Shown here one piece after another: positions 1 to 16,893 of a DNA stretch of 64,000 bases. This stretch comes from Eledone cirrhosa (taxonomy: Eukaryota), in the NCBI GenBank assembly GCA_964016885.1, contig OZ024753.1, positions 36,828,001 to 36,892,000 on the forward strand. The letters are read 5' to 3'. Both the position numbers and the translations under genes were made by a program. The notes below the pieces were generated by a model that made no database searches, was not told the DNA's origin, and worked only from the letters and a program-made list of their open reading frames with translations. Position 1 is the first letter of the stretch. Each line of letters starts with the position of its first letter.

Positions 1-22
1 ATAAATGTTTTAATATAGAAAA

Positions 23-71
23 GCTTCTACAGGACTAGAACTGTTTCATTCGTGAGAAATCATCAGGAAGC
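23..71 (-). ncRNA. Type I hammerhead ribozyme, family A (intact)
   Basis: Minus strand reads gcttc CTGATGA tttctcacgaat GAA ACAG ttctagtc CTGT A gaagc. Stem I is gcttc/gaagc, stem III is acag/ctgt, and the cleavage triplet is GUA. Confidence 0.85.
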
Positions 72-120
72 GCTTCCTGATGATTTCTCACGTATGAAAC
101 AGTTCTAGTCCTTTAGAAGC
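72..120 (+). ncRNA. Type I hammerhead ribozyme, family A (mirror copy, stem III mutated)
   Basis: gcttc CTGATGA tttctcacgtat GAAACAG ttctagtc CTTTA gaagc. It is the inverted partner of 23-71, with ctgta changed to cttta. Confidence 0.75.
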
Positions 121-129
121 TGTTCTATA

Positions 130-226
<97 letters not shown>

Positions 227-228
<2 letters not shown>

Positions 229-400
229 CGAAGGAAATGTGGTAAGGAACCAGGTGGACCATAACGCACCAAAGTACTCAATACTTAGGGTAGTAGAGTG
301 GGTAATAGGAACGAGTAGGACCCCGACGGCTGAGCTCAAGCTGAGTCCAGAATTAGCCATCGAAACGGCTTGAGCTCAGCCGTCGGGGTCCTACTCGTTG

Positions 401-401
<1 letters not shown>
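227..401. mobile_element. PLE terminal fragment, family B (inverted tail plus 3' half hammerhead) in (TA)n
   Basis: Near-identical to 36003-36196 and 53350-53484. Contains GAAACGGCT tgagctc AGCCGTC ggggtcc and is flanked by (TA)n. Confidence 0.8.
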
Positions 402-493
<92 letters not shown>

Positions 494-1049
494 TATATAG
501 TATTGGCTTCAGTCATAAGACAGTGGACATATATCGACAAGCATACGTGCAAATGAATGTAATCCATATGTATATGCGTTTGATGTTCCTACTGGAGCAT
601 AACTCTCTCTACTTACGACCATATTTTTTAGGATGTTTTTTTTTAATGTTAACGATATTTTACTATTCATAGACCATCGAAATATACGCAGTTCATGTGA
701 ATCGAAACGACATTCCAGTCCCTTGAAGATGAGGTTGACTGAACACAGGTGGGAAGTTGATTATATGCTTCACTATATGGAAAGAGATATGAAATGAATT
801 TACCAACTGTTTATGAGAATATGAGAGGATGAGAACCATCTCTGTCGGATTGATATTTAACTTTAAGTACGCGGATCAATTTTAGTTTTCTACCTCACCT
901 AAATCATTATATGGGAAAATAACAGTTCTTAGCACACGTACACACATACGTACACACATAGATACACACACACACAAGCACAGATTCACACACATATATA
1001 CACATATATATGGACACGTACCAACACACACAAAAACACACACACACAC

Positions 1050-1140
<91 letters not shown>

Positions 1141-1568
1141 CACATGATCGCACATATACACGCACATTTGAATTCATGCATTTTTTGCGACGCATTAAGT
1201 TTTGCATAACGTCTTTAGAAACAGACCTAGGGATGGCTCTGATCTCAGAAGACACAAACGAAGCTAGAGGCAGCTAACAAGGTAATAAAATCTGAAAGTA
1301 AAGCCCTTGACCCTTCAGAAACCGCTTGTATATAGTGTATATATTTATTTAAAAGTCTGCCTTCGTACTTTTAGGTAAGAAAGTTTAATCAATAATGCTC
1401 CAAATACCAGCTTAATAACGAGGAAATTAGTTCTATAAAATCTGTTTACTTTCTTCATTATTTTCACTATTATTTTAAAATCATAGACGCAGGCTCTTTC
1501 ATTGCAAATATGATAACAAGAGTTAATATATATATATATATATATATGTCATTTTAGTCAATTATATA

Positions 1569-1755
<187 letters not shown>

Positions 1756-2072
1756 CGTTTCTTTTGGCAATAAAACACGTCTGTTAAATGATGCTTACAC
1801 TAATAAGACACTCAAAAATGTCAAACCTCGACCGTTTAATAAAGATTTCACCGTTATGCTAATTTACTTGTTGAAAGAAAACGAGAAGTGTACTCTACTC
1901 GGGTAGGGTACGGGGCTGGGTTGTTAGATTGATTTCGTTTCTCCGGTAAATGCGTTGAAAAGTAAAAAGTCAATAGACCTTAGATAATAAGTTGTATTTC
2001 ATGGACATATATATTTACGTACGAGAGTATACATGATATACACATTTACACGTGTATGTGAGCATCAGCTTG

Positions 2073-2115
<43 letters not shown>

Positions 2116-2165
2116 AAATTTTGAAGCATGTGATGAAGAAGCAAAACCTAAAGAACGTTTAATTG

Positions 2166-2204
<39 letters not shown>

Positions 2205-2856
2205 TTCAAACTGTCAAGCACAATGTATCTATTTACCCCCAATAACTAGATGACTGTAGACTACAATGGTTATTTGAAACCGTGCCTCTCATTTCACGGC
2301 TGAACGGTACAAGAAACACGACCAACGAGTAATTATTTCGTGTTAGACATCTTCATATTGAAATTAGTTAAAACAAAACAAAACGGAAATATATAAACCA
2401 ATGCACAAACAATGAAAAGACGAGCTAGCTCTCGGGTGCTGACGAAGCTGCTTTTAGATATAAGAGGGCTCATACACACACTCACACACATATACTATAT
2501 AATAATATATATAATAATAATAGTAATACATATATATATATATATATATATTAAAGAGGTAAGGATTCGATTGCGAACTCTAGCGACGATTTCAGCTCGT
2601 TTTTGTTGATGTTGGTATTGTCGTTGATGTTGATGTTCTTGTTGTTGTTGGTGGTGGTGTTGGTGTTGGTATTGTTGTTAATATAGTTGTTCTTGTTGTT
2701 GTGAAGGTGTCTTCTGTTGTAATTGTTCTGGTTACTAAAAGACATAAATGTAACACAAATGACGTCTTTGTTTTTGACACCGTTTCACCTCTCCCTAGCG
2801 CCTCGGTTGTTTGGGGGTATCCTATCTATTGGGGGTTGAGTAGCTACTAAAACCGT

Positions 2857-2923
<67 letters not shown>

Positions 2924-3109
2924 ATTTGGGGGTGGCCTACCACTTTGGGGTTAAGTAGCTGCTAAATTGTTTCAGATTCTCATGGGACATGCGAGGAGAT
3001 CCTCAAGATTATCCAGCAAAATGATATATGTGTGTATGTATGTGTGTGCGTGTTTGTGTATATATGTATGTGTATGAATGAGTGTGTATATATGTGTGTG
3101 TATATATAC

Positions 3110-3255
<146 letters not shown>

Positions 3256-3552
3256 GTGCGTGTGTGTATACTTGAGTATGTGTATGTGTTTTCTATGTTA
3301 CTGATTTTAGTCATAAGACTGTGGAATGCTGGAGCACCACCTCGATATAGTTGGTCGTATTGGCTCTAGTATATATTTGGTACTAATTTGGCTCTAGTAT
3401 ATATTTGGTCCTAATTCCTATGTGTGGCGTTTTTGTCGAGCTGCTAATTTACAGGACAAAATCACAAATAACGTCGCAGCCATATTCGTAAATATAGACC
3501 CATATATACATATACATGCACGCACACATATATAGGTTTGCATATAGAGATA

Positions 3553-3678
<126 letters not shown>

Positions 3679-3798
3679 TGTATGTGTATGTATATATATA
3701 TACATATATATGTATACGTATATATATATTACATATATATGTATAAATATGCGCATATATATATACATACATATACATATATACATTTATGCATCGTG

Positions 3799-3834
<36 letters not shown>

Positions 3835-4928
3835 ACTCTCCTCTCCCTCTCTCTCTCTCTCCTCTCCCTTCCTCTCTATACATTTCATTTCCTCGACGTA
3901 TGTCTGTTTTCCCCAGATGTTTCTGAAATTACCATTCTTTTATTTTACTATGTTTTATGTATTTATATATTTACGTATTTATGTGGGTACGTTGAGGACT
4001 GGTGGTGAGGGTGAAGGGAAGAGCTAACGTTGGAAAGAACCATATGGAAAATATAGTTACTTAAATGGCGGTCCCTCAACAACAAAAAAAACGAAAGTAA
4101 AACGAAAAATCTGTCAATAATTTTTACTTGAGTTTATATGATATCTACATTAGCATTATGACATATTATGGAAACATATATTAAAAATTCCTAACACCTT
4201 TTTTTGTTTTCATTTTTTTAATCTTTAATTTGTCTTTGTTGTTGTTGCTTTTTTTATTTCATCTCAATTATCTCCCTTTTTTTCCTCTCAGATTCTTGGT
4301 TTGGTTCTTAATGGTGTTTAGTTCTCTCCTTCATGTCTGTTATATGGTTTAATTTTCATATTCATTTTTATATTTTAATTTTTATATATTCATTTTTTTA
4401 TACTTTTATTTCATATTTTCATATTTTTATATTTCTTATATATTTTTATATATTTTTATATCTTTATATTTATTATATATTTTTATATTTTCATATTTTT
4501 ATATTTTTAATATATTTTATACTTTTATATTTTTTATATATGTTTATACTTTTATATATTTATATATTTTTATACTTTTATATTCTTACATTTATTCTTA
4601 TAGTTTTACATTTTTTTATATTTATTTTTCTATTTTTTTTATATTTTTATTTTTATTTTTATTTTATATATGTTTTCTTCTCGTCTTATTATTTATGTTT
4701 ATTTGTATTCTTTTGGAATTGGTGGCGCAGAACATGTTACAAATTGTCATACATGTTAGATCTCGCTGTCATCAGATCTGTTAAACAATTTCTCTTGGAG
4801 CTAACGAGCGGGGTCAGGTTATAGCGGGTAAACTAGTGGCTACAGTGTTAGGTTCACGAGCGTACGGTCGTGTTTTCAATACCCGGAGTGTGTATATATA
4901 TGTATATAGATAAATATATATATTTACA

Positions 4929-5033
<105 letters not shown>

Positions 5034-5508
5034 ATGCTGTTGTTGTTTTCTATTCTATATACCTATATTCAATACAGCTATATTCTATTTTAAATTGTTC
5101 TATTATCTTCGATACTGTTCTATCATATCATCCCCTCCCTCCTATTCGATCTTTGTATTTCAGGTGCATGAATAAATTATAAATAAGGTATAGTACCACC
5201 TGTTTACAGACTGTAGGTTTAACCCATCAACTGGTTGACGTTCCTATGTATATTTTAGGCAGGAAAATGTGTTCTATATTACCTCATTTCACCTAGAAGG
5301 CATGAATGGTTATAACATGTTTTTTTCCCTTGGGAAACTCAATAGAGCTGATATCCTATTGATTCATAGTTCTGATGGGGAAAGATCAAAACTAATGTTG
5401 GGTACATTTAGTTTATTGAGGCTGGTCTTGAATTTACTTCATCTTTACTCAGAGTTTCACACGCATACACTTACACACACACACTTATGCACACATCGAC
5501 ACGCATAC

Positions 5509-5550
<42 letters not shown>

Positions 5551-5552
5551 AG

Positions 5553-6358
<806 letters not shown>

Positions 6359-6636
6359 GCTTGTCTTTCAACAGATTACAAGGATAATGACTATTACATG
6401 AGGTATGTAGTTATGGGAATGTGTATAGATATGGAATATGTATATGATGATGTCTGTGTAGGATATGTAATATATTGAGTATGAAAGGGAGATGGGGTGA
6501 GTGAGTGTCAGGGTGTCTTCATGAATGTCGTTATGTATTTGTGTGTGTCTTTACATCTGCACATTAGTGTAGGATATTGGACATACACACACACACAGAT
6601 ACACACACACACACATGCATGCATACACACATACAA

Positions 6637-6732
<96 letters not shown>

Positions 6733-6735
6733 GAG

Positions 6736-6778
<43 letters not shown>

Positions 6779-6955
6779 AATCTATATACATATATAGATA
6801 TATAGATAGAGAAATAGAGAAATAGATAAAGGTGTTGGAATTACGTGAGTGAAAGTGTGTTTGTGTAAAGACTCATCAATGAATATGTGTCTGTATATAA
6901 ATATATGTTTGGGAAGGTGTGATTATGTGTATCCGTTTGTGTGCATTTGTTTATA

Positions 6956-7015
<60 letters not shown>

Positions 7016-7018
<3 letters not shown>

Positions 7019-7107
7019 GGTGTCCCAAAGATTTGACATTATTGAGCTAGACTTAGTAGTTTTCGAGATATTTGCTTTTATCATGATGTCAAATTTTTTG
7101 GCACACC

Positions 7108-7110
<3 letters not shown>
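7016..7110. mobile_element. Tc1/mariner-type MITE (95 bp)
   Basis: TIRs CAGGGTGT...ACACCCTG flanked by TA, with an inner inverted repeat tttgacat/atgtcaaa. Confidence 0.75.
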
Positions 7111-7193
<83 letters not shown>

Positions 7194-7335
7194 ATGTACG
7201 TATGTTTGTATGTATGTATGTATATATGTATGTATATGTGCGCATGAATTTGTGTGTTAGTACACAAATCTGTTAGAAAATACATATATAAAGGCACGTT
7301 TATGGGCATATTTAAATATATATTATCTCTTGTGC

Positions 7336-7381
<46 letters not shown>

Positions 7382-7566
7382 GCCTGTGTTTGTGTATGTG
7401 TGTGTGTATGTATGTGTGTGTGTGTGTGTCTGTGCATCCATGTGTGTATCCATGTCTGTATGTGTTTATGATTAAGTCATCTGTACAGGATCATTAAACA
7501 TTGGTAGTTAAACTACCTTAAATGGGAGAAAACACATGTCTTTGTCTCACCCCTCCTCTCCCTTTC

Positions 7567-7655
<89 letters not shown>

Positions 7656-7667
7656 GAGAGAGAGAGA

Positions 7668-7740
7668 GGAGGTTCCAAAAATATATACACACTTTGGTTA
7701 GAATGCTGTTGAAGTGAGTATATATTTTTGGGACACCCTG
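7668..7740. mobile_element. Tc1/mariner-type MITE remnant
   Basis: ccaaaaatatatac...gtatatatttttgggacaccctg followed by TA. Same terminal motif as 7016-7110. Confidence 0.55.
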
Positions 7741-7763
7741 TATATATGTGTGTGTGTGCGCGC

Positions 7764-7814
<51 letters not shown>

Positions 7815-8041
7815 TTCATCTGTCTCATAAATCCATGCCGCACTCTAGTTCATATTATCATGTTTCACAGTCATTTAAAGGCAATCACTTTCCGGCTTGA
7901 TTCTGCTTCTATATAGATTTACTACTGAATTCATATATATACATACATATATATATATACATACATACATACATATAACATCCATATATATACATATATA
8001 TATATTATATATATATATATATACATACATATATATACATA

Positions 8042-8120
<79 letters not shown>

Positions 8121-8139
8121 TGCATATATGTATACATAC

Positions 8140-8191
<52 letters not shown>

Positions 8192-8998
8192 ATGAATGCT
8201 GGTTATATCATTTTTTATTGGGGTTTATATGTATTTTTTTCATTAATGTATTTAAAATGTACGCCCGGTATCCGTGTGTGAGCTATGAGAATATATTATA
8301 TGGCATTCACACGCATTCACATTTCTGTGTGTATGTGTGTGATTGTATTTGTGTGTCTGTGAGACTTTGTGTGCGCGTGTGTGTGTGTGTGTGTGTGATA
8401 GGGGGTGAGGGGGTGAGGGGGGATGTCTGTGTGTCGGTGTCTGTGTGCGTGTGTGTGTGTATCAGTGTCTGTATGTCTGTGTGTGTGTGTGTGTATGTGA
8501 AAAACACTGAGTAAGGGTGAACTCAATCACTGAATTTTAAACCAATGCATATTGATTTGATATTGCGTACTTATTGACCAATTCCTTCTATTGCGCTGTT
8601 GCTGTTGCCTAATGTTTCCTAAATACGTAATAATCGGTTGTAATGCGGAAACAATTGTAAAATAATAAAGGAGTTAGAGCACGTAGTCTTGCAGTTAGTG
8701 AATTGAACCCGCGATCGCAAATCGTTGGTTCTGAGCAATGCGTTATGGTTTTGAGCACTGTTCCAGTCCATTCAACTGAAATAAATTGAGCAGTGTAATT
8801 TTGGCTGGACTTGAACTGAAAATGTACGGATCTAGAACAGATAACGTAAGACATTTTCTACGATCTTTAATGATTTTTTTTTTCTGATTCACTGTACTGT
8901 ATTCATATACATATGTATAGTAATACAAATATACGTAAATGTAGACACATGTAAGATAAAATATATAGATAGATCCATACACGTAATTCATGTAAACA

Positions 8999-9032
<34 letters not shown>

Positions 9033-9074
9033 CATACATACATACATACATACATACATACATACATACATACA

Positions 9075-9152
<78 letters not shown>

Positions 9153-9186
9153 AAATGAACGAACAAAACACAGGAGGCAATACACC

Positions 9187-9251
<65 letters not shown>

Positions 9252-9309
9252 CTACGTACATGTATATATATACACATATATACCAACATACATATTTTTT
9301 ATTACATAA

Positions 9310-10255
<946 letters not shown>

Positions 10256-10538
10256 GTCTAAAGCCGGGTTTTACAACACTAACATACTTTAGTAACAAGT
10301 AACAGCTGTGAAACGTAACATTAGAAAGTTCACATTGTTTGCTATTATCATCCTATGGCCGTTAGCTAAATTGGTAGGCTATATAAGGACCCTCGAGTGT
10401 TAAAACCACTTTCTAACCCCGAGGTGTCCAGCTAGCAAAGTAACTGCTTACAACTTGTTATGAAGGTTCTCCACTCCAAAAGCTTTTCAACAAGATTTCT
10501 CTATTTCTCATAAAACCTTATCTATGTGTGCAACGTAC

Positions 10539-10662
<124 letters not shown>

Positions 10663-10688
10663 TTATGTGTTTGTGTGTGTGTGTATAC

Positions 10689-10720
<32 letters not shown>

Positions 10721-10733
10721 ATATATATATATG

Positions 10734-10831
<98 letters not shown>

Positions 10832-11213
10832 TATAGATATACATTTATATACATATATATATATATATATATACATATGTATGTATAACAAACAAACACG
10901 TACACATTACTCACATACATACATACATACATACATACATGCATACATACATACATACACACACCCATACATACACACACACATACATACATACACACAC
11001 ACATACATACACACACATACATACACACATACATTCACACATACATACATACATAGGTATCACGCCAGCAAGACCCTATAAGTATATAAATATATCTATT
11101 CAGATATTTCGTTAATCTAAACCACTAACCGCGTTTCTTTATCACACAAACCTGACCATGTCTTCACTGTCCGAGTTTCAAGTATGTCGTTATCTTACAT
11201 TGAATACAACAAC

Positions 11214-11245
<32 letters not shown>

Positions 11246-11422
11246 CAACAACTACAACAACAACAACCACAACAACAACAACAACAACTACAACAACAGC
11301 GACAATATTTGCAACAACAGAAGGAACAACAAAATCGAAATGGCTCCTGACATAATCGCACACACATTCACATACACTCACATACATGCACATATTAACG
11401 TATACACTACACACGCATACAT

Positions 11423-11543
<121 letters not shown>

Positions 11544-11654
11544 ACGTCACACACAGACAATTTTGTATAAATGTAATTAGATTTATATAAAGATGTATCG
11601 ATGTATATATATATATATGCCTGCAAATCCGTATATATATATATATATATACAT

Positions 11655-11715
<61 letters not shown>

Positions 11716-11756
11716 TACACACATATATATATATATAATTTATATATATATATGAA

Positions 11757-11804
<48 letters not shown>

Positions 11805-11831
11805 TTATATATATATATGAAAATATGTATG

Positions 11832-11960
<129 letters not shown>

Positions 11961-12297
11961 ATATATATATATAATATATATATACATATGTATATAAGTA
12001 TATACGTATGTATGAATTATTCTACAACACTCTTCGATTTTTTATTTTACTTTTTCCCCTTCTTTCCGTTATACTTTCATCTAACGGTTCCTACATATTC
12101 AATAAGCAATCCACTGTCCACTCTTGGTAGATCTTCAATGTATTCTGCTGTGGTGGTCGTGGTGGGAGAGGACAGAAGAAGAAAAAAAGCAACAACACAT
12201 AAACACATTTATCAGAAAAAAAATATATTATGTGTCCGGAAGTTGGAATATCTGAGACATGTTTACACCTCGGAACAAAGTTTAAGACTTTCGAGAT

Positions 12298-12485
12298 GCT
12301 GATGATGATGATGGTGATGACGGTGATGATGATGGTGATGATGATGTTGATGATGATGATGATGATGATGATGATGACGGTGATGATGTTGATGATGATG
12401 ATGATGATGATGATGTTGATGATGATGATAATGATGTTGATGATGATGATGATGATGATGATGGTGAGGATGATGATGTTGATGT

Positions 12486-12540
<55 letters not shown>

Positions 12541-12580
12541 GATGATGATGATGTTGATGTTGATGATGATGAGGATGTTG

Positions 12581-12612
<32 letters not shown>

Positions 12613-12831
12613 GATGATGTTGATGATGATGATGATGATGATGTTGATGACGGTGATGATGATGGTGATGATACTGTTGATGATGGTGATGATGCTGGTG
12701 GTGGTGGTGTTGAGGATAATGTTGATGATGATGATGATGATGCGGAGGAGGAGGGGGATTGTGGGTGGGAGAGGGATTGATGATGGTAATGGTGGTGTTG
12801 GTGCAAGCGATGGTGCTGCGCCAACAATATC

Positions 12832-12918
<87 letters not shown>

Positions 12919-13001
12919 AAGAAGAAGAAGAAGAAGAAGAAGAAGAAGAAGAAGAAGAAGAAGAAGAAGAAGAAGAAGAAGAAGAAGAAGAAGAAGAAGA
13001 A
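12298..13001. repeat. Compound trinucleotide microsatellite (GAT)n...(AAT)n(AAG)n
   Basis: Read directly from the sequence. It explains the poly-Met/Ile/Arg ORF. Confidence 0.95.
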
Positions 13002-13676
13002 GCCTGCGGCCGTTTCGTCCAGTTAAACAAGACTTTGAAAATTGAAATAACAGAAGACCAGGCTGGTAGAGAGTGAGTATACACTGCCCCGGGCGCTATT
13101 CGAACCCTTTGCCGGATATGAAGGTAAAAAAATAAATATACAAAAAGAAAGAAATTAAATTAAATAAAAAAAGAAACATGTATTTACACATGTACCGTCA
13201 CTAACGCTGTCCTCATAATCATCAACATCGTCATCATCAGCATCATCATCATTTTTTTCTTCTTCTTCTTCTTCTTCTTCTTCTTCTTCTTCTTCTTCTT
13301 CTTCTTCTTCTTCTTCTTCTTCTTCATTATTATCATCATCATCATCAACATCATAATAACCTTCTTTTTCTTCCTAATTTATCATCATCAATAGCAGCAG
13401 CAAAATTGAATATGGCGACATTTTAATCCAGAACCCAGAGAGCTGGGACAAATACCCCAGACATTCTATGTGACACTCCAATAAATTTTTCAATTCGCCG
13501 CCTACTTGCGATATTTCTCTCTATATATTATTAATACATCTAACCACAGTCACAATCAGAACTGCCAGCGTTAACTTGGTCTTTCATTCTGACGACTTCA
13601 TGAAACTAAATACCAGTCAACTACTGAGGTTGATATAATTGATGAAACTTTTATATTCCCCTTTAAATGTGAGGCC

Positions 13677-14630
13677 TTGTGCTTAAGTTACTGTGGGGTC
13701 TTGTGCTTAAGTCACTCTGGGGTCTTGTGTTTAAGTCACTGTGGGGTCTTGTTCTTAAGTCACTGTGGGGTCTTGTTCTTAAGTCACTGTGGGGTCTTGT
13801 GCTTAAGTCACTGTGGGGTCTTGTGCTTCAGTCACTGTGGGGTCTTGTGCTTCTATCACTGTGGGGTCTTGTGCTTAAGTCACTGTGGGGTCTTGTGCTT
13901 AAGTCACTGTGGGGTCTTGTGCTTCAGTCACTGTGGGGTCTTGTGCTTCTATCACTGTGGGGTCTTGTGCTTAAGTCACTGTGGGGTCTTGTGCTTCAGT
14001 CACTGTGGGGTCTTGTGTTTAAGTCATTGTGGGGTCTTGTGCTTAAATCACTGTGGGGTCTTGTGCTTAAGTCACTGTGGGCTCTTGTGCTTCAGTCACT
14101 GTGGGGTCTTGTGTTTAAGTCATTGTGGGGTCTTGTGCTTAAATCACTGTGGGGTCTTGTGCTTCAGTCACTGTGGGGTCTTGTGTTTAAGTCATTGTGG
14201 GGTCTTGTGCTTAAATCACTGTGGGGTCTTGTGCTTAAGTCACTGTGGGCTCTTGTGCTTCAGTCACTGTGGGGTCTTGTGTTTAAGTCATTGTGGGGTC
14301 TTGTGCTTAAATCACTGTGGGGTCTTGTGCTTCAGTCACTGTGGAGTCTTGTGCTTCAGTCATTGTGGGTCTTGTGTTTAAGTCATTGTGGTGTCTTGTG
14401 CTTAAATCACTGTGGGGTCTTGTGCTTAAGTCACTGTGGGGTCTTGTGCTTAAATCACTGTGGGGTCTTGTGCTTAAATCACTGTGGGGTCTTGTGCTTC
14501 AGTCACTGTGGTGTCTTGTTCTTAAGTCACTGTGGGGTCTTGTGCCTATGTCACGTGGAGTCTTGTGCTTAAGTCACTGTGGGGTCTTGTTGTTAAGTCA
14601 CTGTGGGGTCTTATGCCTATGTCACGGTGT
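13677..14630 (+). repeat. 24-bp minisatellite, about 40 units (TTGTGCTTAAGTCACTGTGGGGTC)
   Basis: Head-to-tail units with recurring variants and no spacers. Confidence 0.97.
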
Positions 14631-15178
14631 CAATGTCATAGAGTGTTACTAATACAGGCATGATTATTATCATCACCATCACCATGATCATCATTATCAT
14701 CACCATCAGCGTCATCTTCGTCGTCATCATCGTCATCGCCATTATCATCACCATCACCATCGTCATCATCATTTTCATCACCATGATCGTTTTCATAATT
14801 ATCATCACCATCGTCGTCGTCATCATCACCATCATCATTATATTCATCACCATCGTCATCATCATCAACAACATCATCATCATCATCAACAACAACATCA
14901 TCATCCTAATCATCACCATCATCGTCATCATCATTATCATCAACATCATCATAATCAACAACAACAGTAGCAGTAACCGAAAAAACAGAATCATTAACAA
15001 AAGCTGCAATTGAAAAAAAAAAATTTCTGAAATAATTTATTTATATATTTATTTATATATTTATATTTTTATATAAATTTGTTTATATTTTTATATACAT
15101 TTTTAAAATACATTTATACATATATTTTTATATTTTTTATATAAATTTCAGTAATTATTTATTTTTATTTATTCATTA

Positions 15179-15273
<95 letters not shown>

Positions 15274-15311
15274 ATTAAATAAATGGAAAACTATATTTAT
15301 AAAACCATATT

Positions 15312-15377
15312 TATTTCATTATATATATTTCGGGGATATCATATTAACAATATGCTATGCCTTCATCAGACAAAATA
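15312..15377 (-). ncRNA. Minimal type I hammerhead ribozyme, family C
   Basis: tattttgt CTGATGA aggcatagcatattgttaatatgatatcccc GAA AT atat AT A atgaaata. Confidence 0.75.
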
Positions 15378-15739
15378 CAATATAAACAGTTTTATAGATA
15401 AATATATTCGACATACCGTAATAAACATCAACTTCATTTGAAGAGGTTTACTCTAGCAGTGAAAATACAGAGAGAAAGAAAGAGAGAGAGAAAAGAGGGA
15501 AAAACGAAAGAAAGAAAGACAAAACGAAGAGAAGGAAGAAAAAGAAGAAAAAGAAAAAGAAGAAATGCATGGAACAAAATAGAGAGATGGAAAAATAGAT
15601 AAAGTGAAGAGCTTCATGTAAAGAGACAGAAAGATATATATATATATATGTATAGAGAGAGGAAATAGAGATAGATACATATATATATAGAAAATTAGGT
15701 AGTGGGAGGTCATTTTGAGTAAGTGTATCAATGATACAT

Positions 15740-15778
<39 letters not shown>

Positions 15779-16893
15779 GCTCAAGTATTAATGTAAGGGA
15801 GATATATAGAGAGATATAGAGAGATATAGAGAGAGAAAAAAATTTAAAAATATCCAGACATATTCGAGGCGTAGAAAACCCTATGTTTTAATGTATTAGT
15901 ATTTATATATTTATAAAACTTACACTACACTGTAAATATCAGTATTCCTGAATGAAACAAGTATTCACAATGTGTGAAAATTCATTATCTTATGTTTAGT
16001 TTTAAAAATTCATATGTCTATGTGACAGCTACAAATCTCAATTTGAATCCAACTGATTCACTCCGCAAACTCTAAGTTATCGGAAAACATTCTCAATGTG
16101 GTATAAAAATTTGAGCGTATTATTATTCTTGCGATTACTCTACAAGATTATCTATCAAGCAGAAATAGAGAGCAGATTTCAATATACTAATCGAAAATAT
16201 ATATTATATTATAAACATAATAATAAGTAAAAATATAGAATAGAAAACTAAAAAAATATTACGAAAGAATATTACATAATAAAAATATTGCATATTAAAA
16301 ATACTACGTATTAAAAAATATTACGTATTAAAGATTTACATATAAAAATTTACATATAAAAATATACATATAAAAATTTACATATAAAAATTTACATATA
16401 AAAATATATAAAAATATTTAAAAAATAAATAAAATAAAAATAAAAATATTATAGAATACTACAATACTAAAAGAATAAAAGTAAAAATAAAAATAAAAAT
16501 AAAAATGAAAATAAAAATGAAAATAAACCACAAAAAAACAACCCTTCAAAGTTAATTGACAATATATTGCCACGTTCACTACAAGACAAAGCCAAAAATT
16601 ATCTATCAAATCACATCTAGCAAAGAATATCGTAAAAAAGATTATGATGTCCAATTATGTCTACATATGTTCCTATGTTTAATATAGAAGTTTATCTAGT
16701 GTAAGGTTAATTCAAAAAATTTGGAGCATCGGCTTTTAGGGTAGCTTAATTTTTCATGAGGAATGTTTAGATAAAAATAAAAATAAATAAAATAAAATAA
16801 ACAATAAAAAGAGTAAAACGAGGGAATCAAAGATTTAGGAATCAAAAGATTTATCGGCTAGTTCTCATATAAATATAAATCAAACTAAATATA

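Noticed and set aside
5200-5460. Decayed GIY-YIG (minus-strand KIYIGTS)
   Set aside because: It is a short motif among stops and frameshifts and could be chance.
13589-13610. CTGACGA...GAAA hammerhead-like match
   Set aside because: It has no stems and lies in a decayed SINE core.
13677-14630. CRISPR array or Cys/His-rich repeat protein
   Set aside because: There are no unique spacers or cas genes, the context is eukaryotic, and two frames are open only because the 24-bp unit lacks stops.
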